This document shows positions 9,303-20,454 of a stretch of DNA of 64,000 bases, piece by piece (position 1 is the first letter of the stretch; each line of letters begins with the position of its first letter). The position numbers and the translations under genes are program-made. The stretch comes from an uncultured Flavobacteriaceae bacterium (lineage in GTDB: Bacteria > Bacteroidota > Bacteroidia > Flavobacteriales > Flavobacteriaceae), in contig CAWCNT010000013.1 of the NCBI GenBank assembly GCA_963796935.1, positions 368,242-432,241 on the forward strand, given 5' to 3'. Below the pieces are notes generated by a model. That model searched no databases. It had not been told where the DNA came from and saw only the letters and a program-made list of their open reading frames with translations.

Positions 9303-11708
9303 TTAATTTCTAAGGGGTTTACCAGTTTTTAGCATATGTTGAATCCTTTCCAGGGTTTTTCTTTCGGTACAAAGCGAAAGAAAGGCTTCACGCTCCAGAT
9401 CGAGCAGATATTGCTCACTTACGTAACTAGCTTCAGACAAATCGCCTCCTGCCATCACATACGCTAACTTATCTGCAATTTTCTTGTCGTGTTCAGAGAT
9501 ATAATGACCAGCTTCCATAGAATCGGTTCCCACCAGGAACATACCCAGGGCTTGCTTGCCCAGAACTTTTACATCGGTTCTATGTGCAGGTTGGGTATAA
9601 CCCATCTCAGCCATTAATTTAGCATGAGCTTTTGCTGTAGCAATTTGACGATCTTTATTGACCACCACTATATCTTTTCCTTTTTGAAGGACACCCAGAT
9701 CAAACGCTTCATAAGCAGAGGTAGATACCTTAGCCATTCCTATGGTTAAGAAGTATTCCTGGAGGACGTTTAGTTCCACATCATTCTTTCTGAAAATATC
9801 TGAGGCTCTAAGGGCCATTTCTTTAGAACCACCTCCGCCGGGGATGACCCCAACACCAAATTCAACAAGTCCCATATAGGTTTCTGCCGCAGCAACTACC
9901 TTGTCCGCATGTAAGGATAATTCACAGCCACCACCCAAACACATGCCGTGTGGAGCAGAGACCGTAGGAATTGAAGAATATCTCATCCTCATCATGGTGT
10001 TCTGGAACATTTGGATAGCCATGTTTAGCTCATCGTATTCTTGTTCCACCGCCATCATAAAGATCATGCCAATATTGGCACCAACAGAGAAATTAGCTCC
10101 CTGGTTACCCACTACCAGACCTTGAAAGTCCTTTTCAGCCATGTCAATGGCTTTATTGAGGCCACTTAATACATCTGCCCCAATGGTATTCATCTTGGAT
10201 TGAAATTCCACATTTAAGATACCGTCGCCCAGATCTTCAACCACCACGCCACTATTCTTAAATACCTCATTCGACTTTCGAATATTGTCCAGGATGATAA
10301 AGGCATCCTGACCGGGTACCTTTTTCATGGCTTTCTTCTTAATATCATAAAAGTAGGTAGCACCTTCCTTTACTTCATAAAAAGAGGTAATTCCCGCAGC
10401 TTTCATATCAAGAACCCATTTAGCGGCTTTTTGGTTTTCAGAACCAATAAGGTCCAGGCCTTTGTCCAAACCAATGGCATCCCAAATTTGGAAAGGTCCG
10501 TGTTCCCAGCCAAAGCCTGCCTTCATAGCATCATCTATCTTGTATAACTCATCAGAAATTTCAGGAATTCTGTGCGAAACATAGGCAAAAAGAACCCCAA
10601 AACTTTTTCGGTAGAATTCTCCTGCTTTGTCTTTTCCACCCACCAATATCTTAAAACGGTCTATGACCTTATCTACGGTCTTGGTAAGTTCCAGGGTAGC
10701 GAATTTTGCACTCTTTTTGGAACGGTATTCCATAGTGTCCAAATCCAGGGTAAGGATCTCACTTTTTCCATCAGAAGATCTTTCTTTTTTGTAGAAACCC
10801 TGACCAGATTTACTTCCAAACCATTTATTATCAGCCATGGTCTTGATAAAGTCCGGCAGCTTAAACAACTCGTGTCGCTCATCCTTAGGGCAATTATCGT
10901 AAATACCATTAGCTACATGAACCAGGGTATCTAGACCAACCACATCTACAGTGCGGAAGGTGGCCGACTTAGGTCTTCCGATGACCGGTCCGGTTAGTTT
11001 ATCAACTTCTTCTACTGTCATGCCTAATTCTTTCACTGCGTGAAACAGGCTCATAATACTAAAGATGCCGATGCGGTTTCCAATAAATGCCGGAGTATCT
11101 TTAGCTATTACAGAAGTTTTACCAAGAAATTTTTCACCATAGCCGTTCAGAAACTCAAGAACTTCTGGTGTTGTTTTTGGCCCTGGGATGATTTCAAAGA
11201 GTTTTAGGTATCGGGCCGGATTAAAAAAGTGAGTACCACAGAAATGCTGTTGAAAATCCTCGCTTCTCCCTTCACTCATAAATTGAATTGGGATTCCGGA
11301 AGTGTTGGAAGTGATTAGTGTTCCGGGAGTTCTGTGTTTTTCAAGATTTTCAAAAACCTGTTTTTTAATGTCGAGTCGTTCAACGACCACTTCAATGATC
11401 CAATCTACTTCAGCTACTTTGGCTATATCATCTTCCAAATTACCTGTTTGTATCCTCTTTGCGAAAGAGGCGTGATAAATAGGGGAGGGTTTAGATTTTA
11501 GGGCCGCTGTAAGGGAGTCATTTACCAAACGGTTCCTCACGCTGCGATCTTTTAGACTTAGGCCTTTGGACTTCTCTTTTTCGGTTAGTTCGCGAGGAAC
11601 AATGTCCAATAACAAGACTTCCACGCCAATATTTGCAAAATGACATGCAATGCCACTTCCCATGATACCGGATCCAATGACGGCTACTTTTTTGATGTGC
11701 TTGTTCAT
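9303..11708 (-). CDS. 3-hydroxyacyl-CoA dehydrogenase/enoyl-CoA hydratase (FadN-type)
   Basis: N-terminal HCDH domain (GSGIMGSG, SNTSG, HFFNP) and C-terminal crotonase domain (FSVGAN, LGGGCEL, VEFGVG). Confidence 0.92.
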   Translation of the reverse strand: MNKHIKKVAVIGSGIMGSGIACHFANIGVEVLLLDIVPRELTEKEKSKGLSLKDRSVRNRLVNDSLTAALKSKPSPIYHASFAKRIQTGNLEDDIAKVAEVDWIIEVVVERLDIKKQVFENLEKHRTPGTLITSNTSGIPIQFMSEGRSEDFQQHFCGTHFFNPARYLKLFEIIPGPKTTPEVLEFLNGYGEKFLGKTSVIAKDTPAFIGNRIGIFSIMSLFHAVKELGMTVEEVDKLTGPVIGRPKSATFRTVDVVGLDTLVHVANGIYDNCPKDERHELFKLPDFIKTMADNKWFGSKSGQGFYKKERSSDGKSEILTLDLDTMEYRSKKSAKFATLELTKTVDKVIDRFKILVGGKDKAGEFYRKSFGVLFAYVSHRIPEISDELYKIDDAMKAGFGWEHGPFQIWDAIGLDKGLDLIGSENQKAAKWVLDMKAAGITSFYEVKEGATYFYDIKKKAMKKVPGQDAFIILDNIRKSNEVFKNSGVVVEDLGDGILNVEFQSKMNTIGADVLSGLNKAIDMAEKDFQGLVVGNQGANFSVGANIGMIFMMAVEQEYDELNMAIQMFQNTMMRMRYSSIPTVSAPHGMCLGGGCELSLHADKVVAAAETYMGLVEFGVGVIPGGGGSKEMALRASDIFRKNDVELNVLQEYFLTIGMAKVSTSAYEAFDLGVLQKGKDIVVVNKDRQIATAKAHAKLMAEMGYTQPAHRTDVKVLGKQALGMFLVGTDSMEAGHYISEHDKKIADKLAYVMAGGDLSEASYVSEQYLLDLEREAFLSLCTERKTLERIQHMLKTGKPLRN

Positions 11709-11722
11709 TAATGAGTTGTGTA

Positions 11723-12177
11723 TTAATTAGTTGTTGAATCTCTATTGTATATCTTTTTTTCTGATATCACCTGGTTTATGGTATCCATTACCTCAAAGAA
11801 AGACTTCAATTGAGTTTCGGATAATTGATCTTTCACAACCTCATTGAATCTCAAGACGGCATCTTTCGAGTCTTTTCGTTTCTCCAAGCCAAAGGGAGTT
11901 AGATAAATAAGTACGCCTCGGCCATCTTCAGGATTTGGTTTGCGTTCTATTAGTCCCTTTTCTTCCATGCTCTTTAGAATTCGAGATAAACTGGTAGCTT
12001 CCATTCCCATTTTAGGACCAAGAGATGTAGAAGGTGTTCCTGTTTTTAGGATCAATGCTTAACAGTGTAAAACCTACAGCCATGGTAGAGTCAAATTTCT
12101 TGGCTTCTTCATTGTACATTCTAGCTACCGATTTGCCAGGTGGCACGTAGTGCATAATCTATAGTTATCTCTTGCAT
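11723..12177 (-). CDS. MarR-family regulator with two apparent +1 homopolymer frameshifts (~12132, ~12045)
   Basis: Joined reading: MQEITIDYALRATWQ/SVARMYNEEAKKFDSTMAVGFTLLSIDPK/TGTPSTSLGPKMGMEATSLSRILKSMEEKGLIERKPNPEDGRGVLIYLT (winged HTH with DxR). Confidence 0.85.
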
Positions 12178-12195
12178 AGGGTGTTTTAAGCCCTT

Positions 12196-12233
12196 CAAAG
12201 ATAACAAAATTTATTATGCATGCATAATAAATT
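12196..12233 (-). promoter_or_regulatory. Bacteroidota -7 promoter element plus a perfect 26-bp palindromic operator upstream of marR-fad
   Basis: TATCTTTG on the minus strand at 12196-12203; AATTTATTATGCATGCATAATAAATT at 12208-12233. Confidence 0.75.
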
Positions 12234-12382
12234 ATCAACAATTTTCAGAAAGTGTGGTTAAAATAACAAAGTTTTACCGCTTACTTCTTTGTCAGGATTA
12301 TAGGGCAAACCTTGCCTATATAAACCAATATTTTGGCAAGTCTATATATAAGTATGCTTATAAACGGGATGTAATACCGGCT

Positions 12383-14153
12383 TTAGTGGCCGTAGATCTC
12401 ATTATAAAGTGGTAAATATTTTTCTTTAATGATCTTTCGTTTTAATTTCATGGTAGGAGTGAGGTGTCCGTCTTCTACGGTCCATAGATCTGGAGTTAGT
12501 TTAAAGGCTTTTACCTTTTCCCATTTTGCAAATTGCTCATTTGCATTGTCTACTTCTTCCTGAATCCGGGCAATTAAAACCTCATCTTTTACCAGATCCG
12601 AAGGTCCCCCTAAGGTTTTATGATGTCTTTTGGCCCATTCTGTAATAAACTCAAAATTTGGTTGTATAATGGCAGCCGGCATCTTTTCCCCTTCGCCTAT
12701 AACCATTGCCTGTTCTATAAAACGGGATTGCTTTAGTCTATTCTCCAGGAGTTGTGGGGCCACATATTTTCCACCGGATGTTTTGAACATTTCTTTTTTA
12801 CGATCTGTGATACGCAAGAAATCCTTCACTATCAATTTCTCCAATATCACCCGTATGGAAATATCCATTCGTCATTACCTCCTTAGTTTTTTCAGGGTCT
12901 TTATAATAACCCATCATAACATTGGGACCCTTACAGAGAATCTCTCCATCTGCTGCTATCTTAACTTCCACTTTGTCAATAATCTTCCCTACAGAGCCTA
13001 TTTTCCAACCACGATCTTTTTTACAATTCACAGAAATGACAGGTGAAGTCTCTGTAAGTCCGTAGCCTTCCATTACAGGAATGCCTGCCGCACTAAAAAT
13101 ACGTGACAATCTTGTTTGTAATGCCGCACTGCCCGAGGTCATGGTTTCTAAATTTCCTCCCAGACCTTCTTTCCATTTACTAAAAATAAGTTTCCTTGCG
13201 ATGGCTAACTTTTGCTCATACCACCAACCGTTGGCTCCATAAGGTTCATACTTCAGACCTAACTTCACTGCCCAGAAAAATAAAGACTTTTTGATCCCGG
13301 TAAGTTCTGTACCCTTGTTAATGATTTTATCGTATACTTTTTCCAGCAGCCTTGGGACCACCGTCATTACATTTGGTTTTATCTCTTTAAGGTTTTCGCT
13401 TATTTTATCGAGACCTTCCGCAAAGTATACTTCTATACTACAGTATTGATAAAGGTATAGGACCATTCGCTCAAAAATATGGCAAACAGGCAGGAAACTT
13501 AGGGCAGAACTCCCAGCCCCCATTGGTATTCTTGGCTGACTGGCTAGTACATTTGAGACAATATTATTATGAGAAAGCATCACCCCTTTTGGTCTGCCCG
13601 TGGTACCGGAAGTATAGATCAATGTTGCCAGATCTGCTGGCTTTACTGCATTTTTCCTCATTTCCACTTCCTCCTGATAACTGGTATCCTCACCTGTGGC
13701 AAGCAGCTCTGTCCAATGCTCGCATCCATCTATCTCGTCAAAGGAATAAATACCTTTCAATGAAGGTACTTGTCCCTTTATACTTTTTACTTTTTCCAAA
13801 ACCTCCACACAGGATACAAAACAGTACTCGGCTTCGGAATGGTTAAGGATATAGGCATAATCTTCTTCCGAAATTGTTGGATAAATTGGAACGTTTTGAG
13901 CTCCAATTTGTAAGACAGCGATGTCTACAATATTCCATTCGGTTCTGTTGGTCATTGAGATCACTGCAATCTTATCATTTGCCTGAACATTGAGCTTTAG
14001 GAGCGCCCTGCTAAGCATATTGGCCTTTTTAATGTACTCCTTTGTAGATATGGCTACCCATTCCCCTTTGTATTTACTTACAAAGGCTTTTTCCAGTGGA
14101 AAATGTTCTTGTTGATAGTAGGGGATGTCGAAAAGACGAGTAACACTTTGCAT
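12383..14153 (-). CDS. fadD: Long-chain fatty acid-CoA ligase, apparent frameshift at ~12820
   Basis: Motifs IYTSGTTGRPKGV, GYGLTETSP, FHTGDIG; continues as LRITDRKKEMFKTSGGKYVAP in the adjacent frame. Confidence 0.88.
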
Positions 14154-14285
14154 ACGTTGGAATTAATGGTTCTTGCAAAGTAAGAAAAGCGACTGGGATT
14201 TTAAAATGGGATTGATAAAATTAAGAGTGATTTATTATGAATTTCAAAATAAACCTTTGATAATGCACCTACAGTGCGGCGATTA

Positions 14286-17200
14286 TCACATTTTTTCCAA
14301 CCATTTTCTGGCATTGACAAATGCTTCTAACCAGGGAGATACTTCGTCATTGCTAGAAGGATAATGTGCCCAATTCCAGGGAAAAATACTTCGCTCAATA
14401 TGTGGCATGGTTACAAGGTGCCTGCCTGTCTTATCACATAGCATGGCTACATTATAATCACTCCCGTTAGGATTCGCGGGATATTGATTGTACCCATAGG
14501 TCGCAACAATTCCATATCGATCTGCCGGGTAAGGCAAAGAGAACTTTCCTTCGCCATGAGATATCCATACCCCCAGGGTAGTACCTTCCAGAGTTGATAA
14601 CATTACTGAATTATTTTTTTCGACTCGTACCGAGGTAAAATTACTTTCGTGTTTGTGGGAGTCGTTATAGGTCATTTTTCCATGTACCTCATGTTCGGGA
14701 TTTATCAGGTCTAACTCCATAAACAATTGGCAACCATTACAAATACCAACAGACAAGGTATCTTGTCTCGCAAAGAACTTCTTAAGAGCGTTACGGGCTT
14801 TGTCATTATACTTAAAGGCGCCTGCCCATCCTTTGGCACTGCCCAACACATCCGAGTTGGAAAATCCGCCTACAGCACCTATAAAGCTTATCTCTTCCAG
14901 GGTTTCCCTGCCGGAAATAAGATCTGTCATATGCACATCTTTTACATCAAATCCGGCAAGAAACATAGCATTGGCCATTTCCCGCTCAGAATTACTCCCT
15001 TTTTCCCGTAAGATAGCCGCCTTTGGTCTATTACCCTTTGTCTTTGGCAATTGCCCGTTGAAATGCTTAGGAAATTTATACAGCAGGGGCTGATGCTTAT
15101 AATTTTGATACCGTTGTTTTGCAAGGTCTTGTGCAGTTTGTTTGCTATCTAACAAATAGGAGGTCTTGTACCAGATATCGCGTTGAGTGTACACATCGAT
15201 CTTTAATTCATCTTTTCCATTCGTAAGATGCAGTTGGGGATCTGAGTTGACCGATCCTATCTTATGGAAATCTATGCCAGCCTTTGACATTACTTTTTCA
15301 ATGCTGCTGTCTTTAGCCTGAAGAACGATCCCTGCATTTTCGGCAAAAAGCAACTTAACAGTATCAGATTCCCCCAGAGTTGAAAGATCAATGCTCGCTC
15401 CCAGATTATTATCAGCAAAGCACATCTCCAGCAAGGTAGTTATGAGTCCGCCCGAAGCCACATCATGACCTGCTATTATTTGCTCATCTTTTATTAGTTG
15501 TTGAAGCGTATTAAAGGCATTTTTAAAGTAAGCAGCATCTGTGATTGAAGGGGCTGTTTGCCCCACTTTGTTGAGGACTTGAGCAAATGATGATCCTCCA
15601 ACAGCATATTGGTCCTGAGACAGGTTGATATAATATACCGGACCTCCATTTACCTTAAATACAGGTTCTACTACTTTGGTAATATCACTGCAATGCCCCG
15701 CAGCTGATATAATTACTGTACCCGGAGACAGTACTTCCTGGTCCTGGTATTTTTGTTTCATGGAAAGCGAATCCTTCCCCGTTGGCACATTGATGCCCAA
15801 TGCAATTGCAAAGTCGGAGACAGCGGTAACCGCCTCATAGAGTCTGGCATCTTCCCCCGGATTTCTGCATGGCCACATCCAGTTGGCCGATAAGGAAACA
15901 GAGGTAAGTCCGTTTTCCAAAGGAGCCCAAACTAAATTGGTCAATGCTTCCGCAATGCTGTTAAGGCTACCAGCCTTTGGATCAATCAGACCAGAGATTG
16001 GAGAATGTCCGATGGAAGTTGCAATACCCTCTTTTCCTTTAAAGTCCATCGCCATCACCCCAACATTATTGAGCGGAAGTTGTAAGGGTCCTGCACATTG
16101 TTGTTTTGCCACCCTGCCGCCAACACAGCGATCTACTTTATTGGTAAGCCAATCTTTACATCCAACAGCTTCTAATTGTAAGACACTTTCTAGATATTCT
16201 TTGAACTTATCCAGGCTATATGCAGGGTTTTGGTAATCTCTTTGTACCGAGACGTCTGTCATGATGGTCTTTGGGGAACTTCCAAACATATCTGCAAGCT
16301 CCAGATCCATAGGTTTTTCATTTCTTTTAGAAGAAGTAAAGGAAAAACGATGATCTCCTGTTGCAATACCAACCTCATACATGGGGGCTCTTTCCCTTGC
16401 AGCGATCCTTGCCAGAAAATTACTGTCCTTGGCACTGATCACAAGACCCATTCGTTCCTGAGATTCGTTCCCAATGATTTCCTTCGCAGATAGGGTAGGG
16501 TCTCCAATGGGGAGTTTATCCATATCTATTGCACCCCCTGTTTCTTCTACCAGTTCAGACAGGCAGTTGAGGTGCCCGCCTGCTCCATGATCATGAATAG
16601 ATACCACGGGATTCGTATCATTTTCTACCAAACCACGAATGGCATTGGCTGCTCTTTTTTGCATCTCAGGATTAGATCGTTGTACCGCATTTAGTTCAAT
16701 GGCTGCGCTAAACTCACCCGTATCGGCACTAGAAACAGCCGCTCCACCCATACCAATACGATAGTTGTCGCCTCCAAGTAGTACTATCTTATCGCCTTTC
16801 TTGGGGGTATCCTTTAAGGCTTGTGATGCTTTTCCATAGCCAATTCCCCCAGCCATCATAATTACCTTGTCATATCCCAAGACCCTTTTATGTTCCTGAT
16901 GTTCAAAGGTTAGCACCGAACCTGCAATTAAAGGTTGACCAAATTTGTTTCCAAAATCTGAAGCTCCATTAGATGCCTTAATTAAGATATCCATTGGGGT
17001 TTGATATAACCAGGGCCTTGCTTTAACCCCGTTTTCCCAGGATCTTCCTTCCTCCAGTCTGGAGTATGATGTCATATAAACAGCAGTACCTGCAAGGGGT
17101 AAAGAACCTTTTCCGCCAGCCAGTCTGTCCCTGATCTCACCTCCGGAGCCGGTGGCAGCGCCATTGAAAGGTTCTACGGTGGTTGGAAAATTATGTGTTT

Positions 17201-17939
17201 CAGCTTTTAGAGAAAGGACAGAATCAAAAGAAGTTTCTTTGTAGAAATCTGGTTTATCCGGGGAGGCAGGGGCAAACTGCAGTACTTTTGGACCTTTTAC
17301 AAAGGCTACATTGTCTTTGTAGGCTGAAACAATGGTATTTGGATTCTTTTCTGATGTTTTTCTGATCAGTTTAAAAAGAGAATATGGTTTTTCCTTCCCG
17401 TCAATAACAAAAACGCCGTTAAAGATCTTATGTCTGCAATGCTCCGAGTTTACCTGACTAAATCCAAAAACTTCTGAATCTGTAAGTGGTCGTTTTAATT
17501 TTTTGGATAAAGTTTCCAAGTACTCAATTTCTTCTTCATTTAAGGCAAGGCCTTCTTTCTTGTTATACCCGGCAATATCCTCAATAGCTAAAATGGATGC
17601 TGGTTTTATATCTATGGTAAAAATATCCTGACTAAGACCATTATATTTTTGTGATAGCATGGGGTCAAAGGCTTTGAAATCCTTTGGCACCGCTTTAAAC
17701 TCCTCTATTCTAAGAATGTCAGAAATCCCCATGTTCTGGGTCATCTCCGTTGCATTTGTACTCCACGGGGTGATCATAGCGGCTCTGGGACCTACAAAAA
17801 AAGCGTCTATAGACGCTGATGAAAGGCAGGGTAGATCACCAAATAACCATGTCAATTTTTCTTTATCCAGATCACTGAGCGTGGCTTGCGTTTCTACTGC
17901 AAATATTTTTAATGAGGTATCCCCGAAGAAATAGATCAT
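14286..17939 (-). CDS. purL: Phosphoribosylformylglycinamidine synthase (large PurL)
   Basis: Motifs NSEHCRHKIFN, KAETHNFPT, GAATGSGGEIRD, and glutaminase GICNGCQ / MPHIER. Confidence 0.97.
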   Translation of the reverse strand: MIYFFGDTSLKIFAVETQATLSDLDKEKLTWLFGDLPCLSSASIDAFFVGPRAAMITPWSTNATEMTQNMGISDILRIEEFKAVPKDFKAFDPMLSQKYNGLSQDIFTIDIKPASILAIEDIAGYNKKEGLALNEEEIEYLETLSKKLKRPLTDSEVFGFSQVNSEHCRHKIFNGVFVIDGKEKPYSLFKLIRKTSEKNPNTIVSAYKDNVAFVKGPKVLQFAPASPDKPDFYKETSFDSVLSLKAETHNFPTTVEPFNGAATGSGGEIRDRLAGGKGSLPLAGTAVYMTSYSRLEEGRSWENGVKARPWLYQTPMDILIKASNGASDFGNKFGQPLIAGSVLTFEHQEHKRVLGYDKVIMMAGGIGYGKASQALKDTPKKGDKIVLLGGDNYRIGMGGAAVSSADTGEFSAAIELNAVQRSNPEMQKRAANAIRGLVENDTNPVVSIHDHGAGGHLNCLSELVEETGGAIDMDKLPIGDPTLSAKEIIGNESQERMGLVISAKDSNFLARIAARERAPMYEVGIATGDHRFSFTSSKRNEKPMDLELADMFGSSPKTIMTDVSVQRDYQNPAYSLDKFKEYLESVLQLEAVGCKDWLTNKVDRCVGGRVAKQQCAGPLQLPLNNVGVMAMDFKGKEGIATSIGHSPISGLIDPKAGSLNSIAEALTNLVWAPLENGLTSVSLSANWMWPCRNPGEDARLYEAVTAVSDFAIALGINVPTGKDSLSMKQKYQDQEVLSPGTVIISAAGHCSDITKVVEPVFKVNGGPVYYINLSQDQYAVGGSSFAQVLNKVGQTAPSITDAAYFKNAFNTLQQLIKDEQIIAGHDVASGGLITTLLEMCFADNNLGASIDLSTLGESDTVKLLFAENAGIVLQAKDSSIEKVMSKAGIDFHKIGSVNSDPQLHLTNGKDELKIDVYTQRDIWYKTSYLLDSKQTAQDLAKQRYQNYKHQPLLYKFPKHFNGQLPKTKGNRPKAAILREKGSNSEREMANAMFLAGFDVKDVHMTDLISGRETLEEISFIGAVGGFSNSDVLGSAKGWAGAFKYNDKARNALKKFFARQDTLSVGICNGCQLFMELDLINPEHEVHGKMTYNDSHKHESNFTSVRVEKNNSVMLSTLEGTTLGVWISHGEGKFSLPYPADRYGIVATYGYNQYPANPNGSDYNVAMLCDKTGRHLVTMPHIERSIFPWNWAHYPSSNDEVSPWLEAFVNARKWLEKM

Positions 17940-18071
17940 GTGCGAGGTTTGTTGAGGGTTTTAAGAAGCCACAAATTTACACTAATTATGCGTTTTTTTA
18001 ATGGCGAATAATGAACAGTTTTCAAGGGTGATTGTTCATTACTTTTTTTTGCCAGTATATTCTTAGTGCGC

Positions 18072-19283
18072 TTATGTTCTTTGTAATAATGCCATGTAAA
18101 ATCCGTCATAACCAGATTTGTGGGCATAGATGTGTTGTTCTTTCACTAATGAAAACCCCTTTCCTTCCTCACTTTGCAAAAATGTTTCTACCTGCTTGGA
18201 ATTTTCCTGAGGCAAGATAGAACAGGTTGCATACACCATTTTACCTCCATCATTGACCATCTTGCTGTAGTCTCTTAACAGCTCTTTTTGAGTTTGAAGG
18301 ATCTTTTCCAGGGAAGAAGAACTCAACTTCCATTTGGTGTCCGGGTTTCGTCTTAGCACCCCAAGACCTGTACAGGGAGCATCTATTAGTACCCTATCTG
18401 CTTTTTTATGCAGCTTTTTTATCACTTTGGTACTTTCTATAAGTCGGGTTTCTAAATTATGAGCCCCATTTCTTTTTGCTCTGCGCTTTAATTCATGAAG
18501 TTTGTTTGCGTAGATATCAAGAGCAATAAGTTGTCCTTTATTTTCCATCAGAGCAGCCAGATGTAGCGATTTGCCACCTGCACCTGCACATGCATCCACA
18601 ACCCGTAATCCGGGAGCAACATCCAGGAAAGGCGATACTAATTGCGAAGATGCATCCTGTACCTCAAAAAGTCCTTCTTTGAAAGCCTCCGTTACAAAAA
18701 CATTGGCTCTTTCCTTTAATTTAAGGGCATGTGGATAGCCTTTGATAAGGTCAGCATCGATACCTTCATCCAGCAGTCTTTTTCTTAAAAAAGGTGTCGT
18801 TGTTTTAAGGGTATTGGTCCTTAGCACCACCGGAGCTAATTCGTTCAAAGCATGCAGCTCCTTGGTCCAAAAAGCTTCCCCCAGTGCTTTAACACCAGTT
18901 TCATCTAGCCAGTCGGGAATGGATTCCCGGTATTTTCTAATTTTTGAAAGTTCATCGAACCGCCCTTTGACCCTTCTTGTTGGGGTGTCTTCCAGTTGCT
19001 TCCAATCCGGGAGCGCAATTCCCCTAAGCACGGCCCACACGGCAAAGAGTCTAAAGAAATTGGCTCTGTCAAAGGGTTCTTTTACCTCAGCAATCTCTGC
19101 ATACAGCCGTTTCCATCGCACAATGTCATAGATGGTTTCCGCTATAAAACCACGGTCTCTGGAGCCCCATCGCTTATCTCGTTTCAGGATCTGTTCTACG
19201 GCTTTAGAGGCGTAAATTCCTTCATTGAAGATCATGTGGAGTCCATCTACCACCCCGAACACTAAATTCCTATGTAAACGCAT
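18072..19283 (-). CDS. RsmB/NOP-family SAM-dependent RNA m5C methyltransferase
   Basis: Motifs VQDASSQ, DACAGAGGKS, DAPCTGLG, YATCS. Confidence 0.92.
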   Translation of the reverse strand: MRLHRNLVFGVVDGLHMIFNEGIYASKAVEQILKRDKRWGSRDRGFIAETIYDIVRWKRLYAEIAEVKEPFDRANFFRLFAVWAVLRGIALPDWKQLEDTPTRRVKGRFDELSKIRKYRESIPDWLDETGVKALGEAFWTKELHALNELAPVVLRTNTLKTTTPFLRKRLLDEGIDADLIKGYPHALKLKERANVFVTEAFKEGLFEVQDASSQLVSPFLDVAPGLRVVDACAGAGGKSLHLAALMENKGQLIALDIYANKLHELKRRAKRNGAHNLETRLIESTKVIKKLHKKADRVLIDAPCTGLGVLRRNPDTKWKLSSSSLEKILQTQKELLRDYSKMVNDGGKMVYATCSILPQENSKQVETFLQSEEGKGFSLVKEQHIYAHKSGYDGFYMALLQRT

Positions 19284-19353
19284 TCCAAAAATTTAGACCG
19301 CAAAGGTACCCTTTTGAGGAGGAAACCCTTTATTTTTGAGTAAATTAAATCCT

Positions 19354-20382
19354 ATGCGCTCTTTCTTTATCTTTTTTATTTTGCTAGCCGTCTGGGGATG
19401 CACTGATCAGCAACCATCCCATAATTATAGCGGTGTTGATGTGAGGATCCTTTTTAATGATTCTGTAAGCATACGAGCGTTGGAGGTTATGGAAGGGAGC
19501 GTTGGCTTTGCGGGGAATGGAGGAGTTTTTGGTGCTATAGACCTAAAAAGCCAGCAGATAAGAGCAAAGCAACAAAGGTTCGATACCATTTTCCCTGAAT
19601 TCAGGGCTATTGCGCATACTCAAACTGATTTCTTTATGCTTTCGGCTGGAAGGCCTGCACTCTTATTTAAAACGGGAAATCAGGGCCTGATGGAATTGGT
19701 ATACCAGGAAGATGACGAAGGGGTCTTTTATGATTCCATGTCTTTCTGGAATGACATGGAAGGATTGGCCATTGGTGATGAGATGAATGGGTGTTTGTCT
19801 ATTTTGATCACCAGAGACGGTGGAAATTCATGGCAGAAGACACCATGTTCAGAATTGCCGGAGGCTCTATCTGAAGAAGGGGCGTTTGCAGCTAGTAATA
19901 CAAATATTGCAATTAGTGGCGATCATACCTGGGTAGGAACTACAGAGAGTAGAATATTCTATTCCCCGGACAAGGGACACAGTTGGCAGGTATTTACTAC
20001 ACCCATAAAGAATAGCGAACCAACTCAAGGGATATATACGCTCGATTTTTACAACGATCAACTAGGTGTGGCACTGGGAGGGGACTATACAAAACCAGAT
20101 TCAATGACCGGGAATAAGGCACTTACCAGAGACGGTGGAAAAACCTGGAAGTTGTTGGCGGATGGTAACATCCCCGGCTACAAGAGTTGCGTACAATTTG
20201 TACCTAATGGAGGAGGAAAGGAAATGGTAGCGGTTGGTTTCACAGGAATTACATATTCTCAGGATTTTGGTGACAGTTGGGTAAACCTATCCGAGGAACC
20301 TTTCTACACCCTTCGCTTTGTGAACGATTCCACGGCATATGCTGCCGGCAGATACCGTATTGGCCTACTTAGTTTTAAATAA
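19354..20382 (+). CDS. BNR/Asp-box beta-propeller lipoprotein (YCF48-like)
   Basis: Repeated Asp-boxes TRDGGNSW, SPDKGHSW, TRDGGKTW, SQDFGDSW; lipobox VWGC. Confidence 0.8.
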   Translation: MRSFFIFFILLAVWGCTDQQPSHNYSGVDVRILFNDSVSIRALEVMEGSVGFAGNGGVFGAIDLKSQQIRAKQQRFDTIFPEFRAIAHTQTDFFMLSAGRPALLFKTGNQGLMELVYQEDDEGVFYDSMSFWNDMEGLAIGDEMNGCLSILITRDGGNSWQKTPCSELPEALSEEGAFAASNTNIAISGDHTWVGTTESRIFYSPDKGHSWQVFTTPIKNSEPTQGIYTLDFYNDQLGVALGGDYTKPDSMTGNKALTRDGGKTWKLLADGNIPGYKSCVQFVPNGGGKEMVAVGFTGITYSQDFGDSWVNLSEEPFYTLRFVNDSTAYAAGRYRIGLLSFK

Positions 20383-20410
20383 AAAAGGGCAGACATTGTC
20401 CACCCTTTTT
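20381..20410. terminator. Bidirectional terminator
   Basis: AAAAAAGGG...CCCTTTTT between convergent genes. Confidence 0.65.
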
Positions 20411-20454
20411 CCGACTAACATACGACTCCTTTTATAAAGTCAACCCAAATCTAA

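Noticed and set aside
11723-12868. Programmed frameshifting or phase variation in marR and fadD
   Set aside because: The indels are in short 3-5 nt homopolymers with no slippery heptamer or stimulatory structure, and the same pattern occurs in purB and carB. Sequencing error is the simpler explanation.
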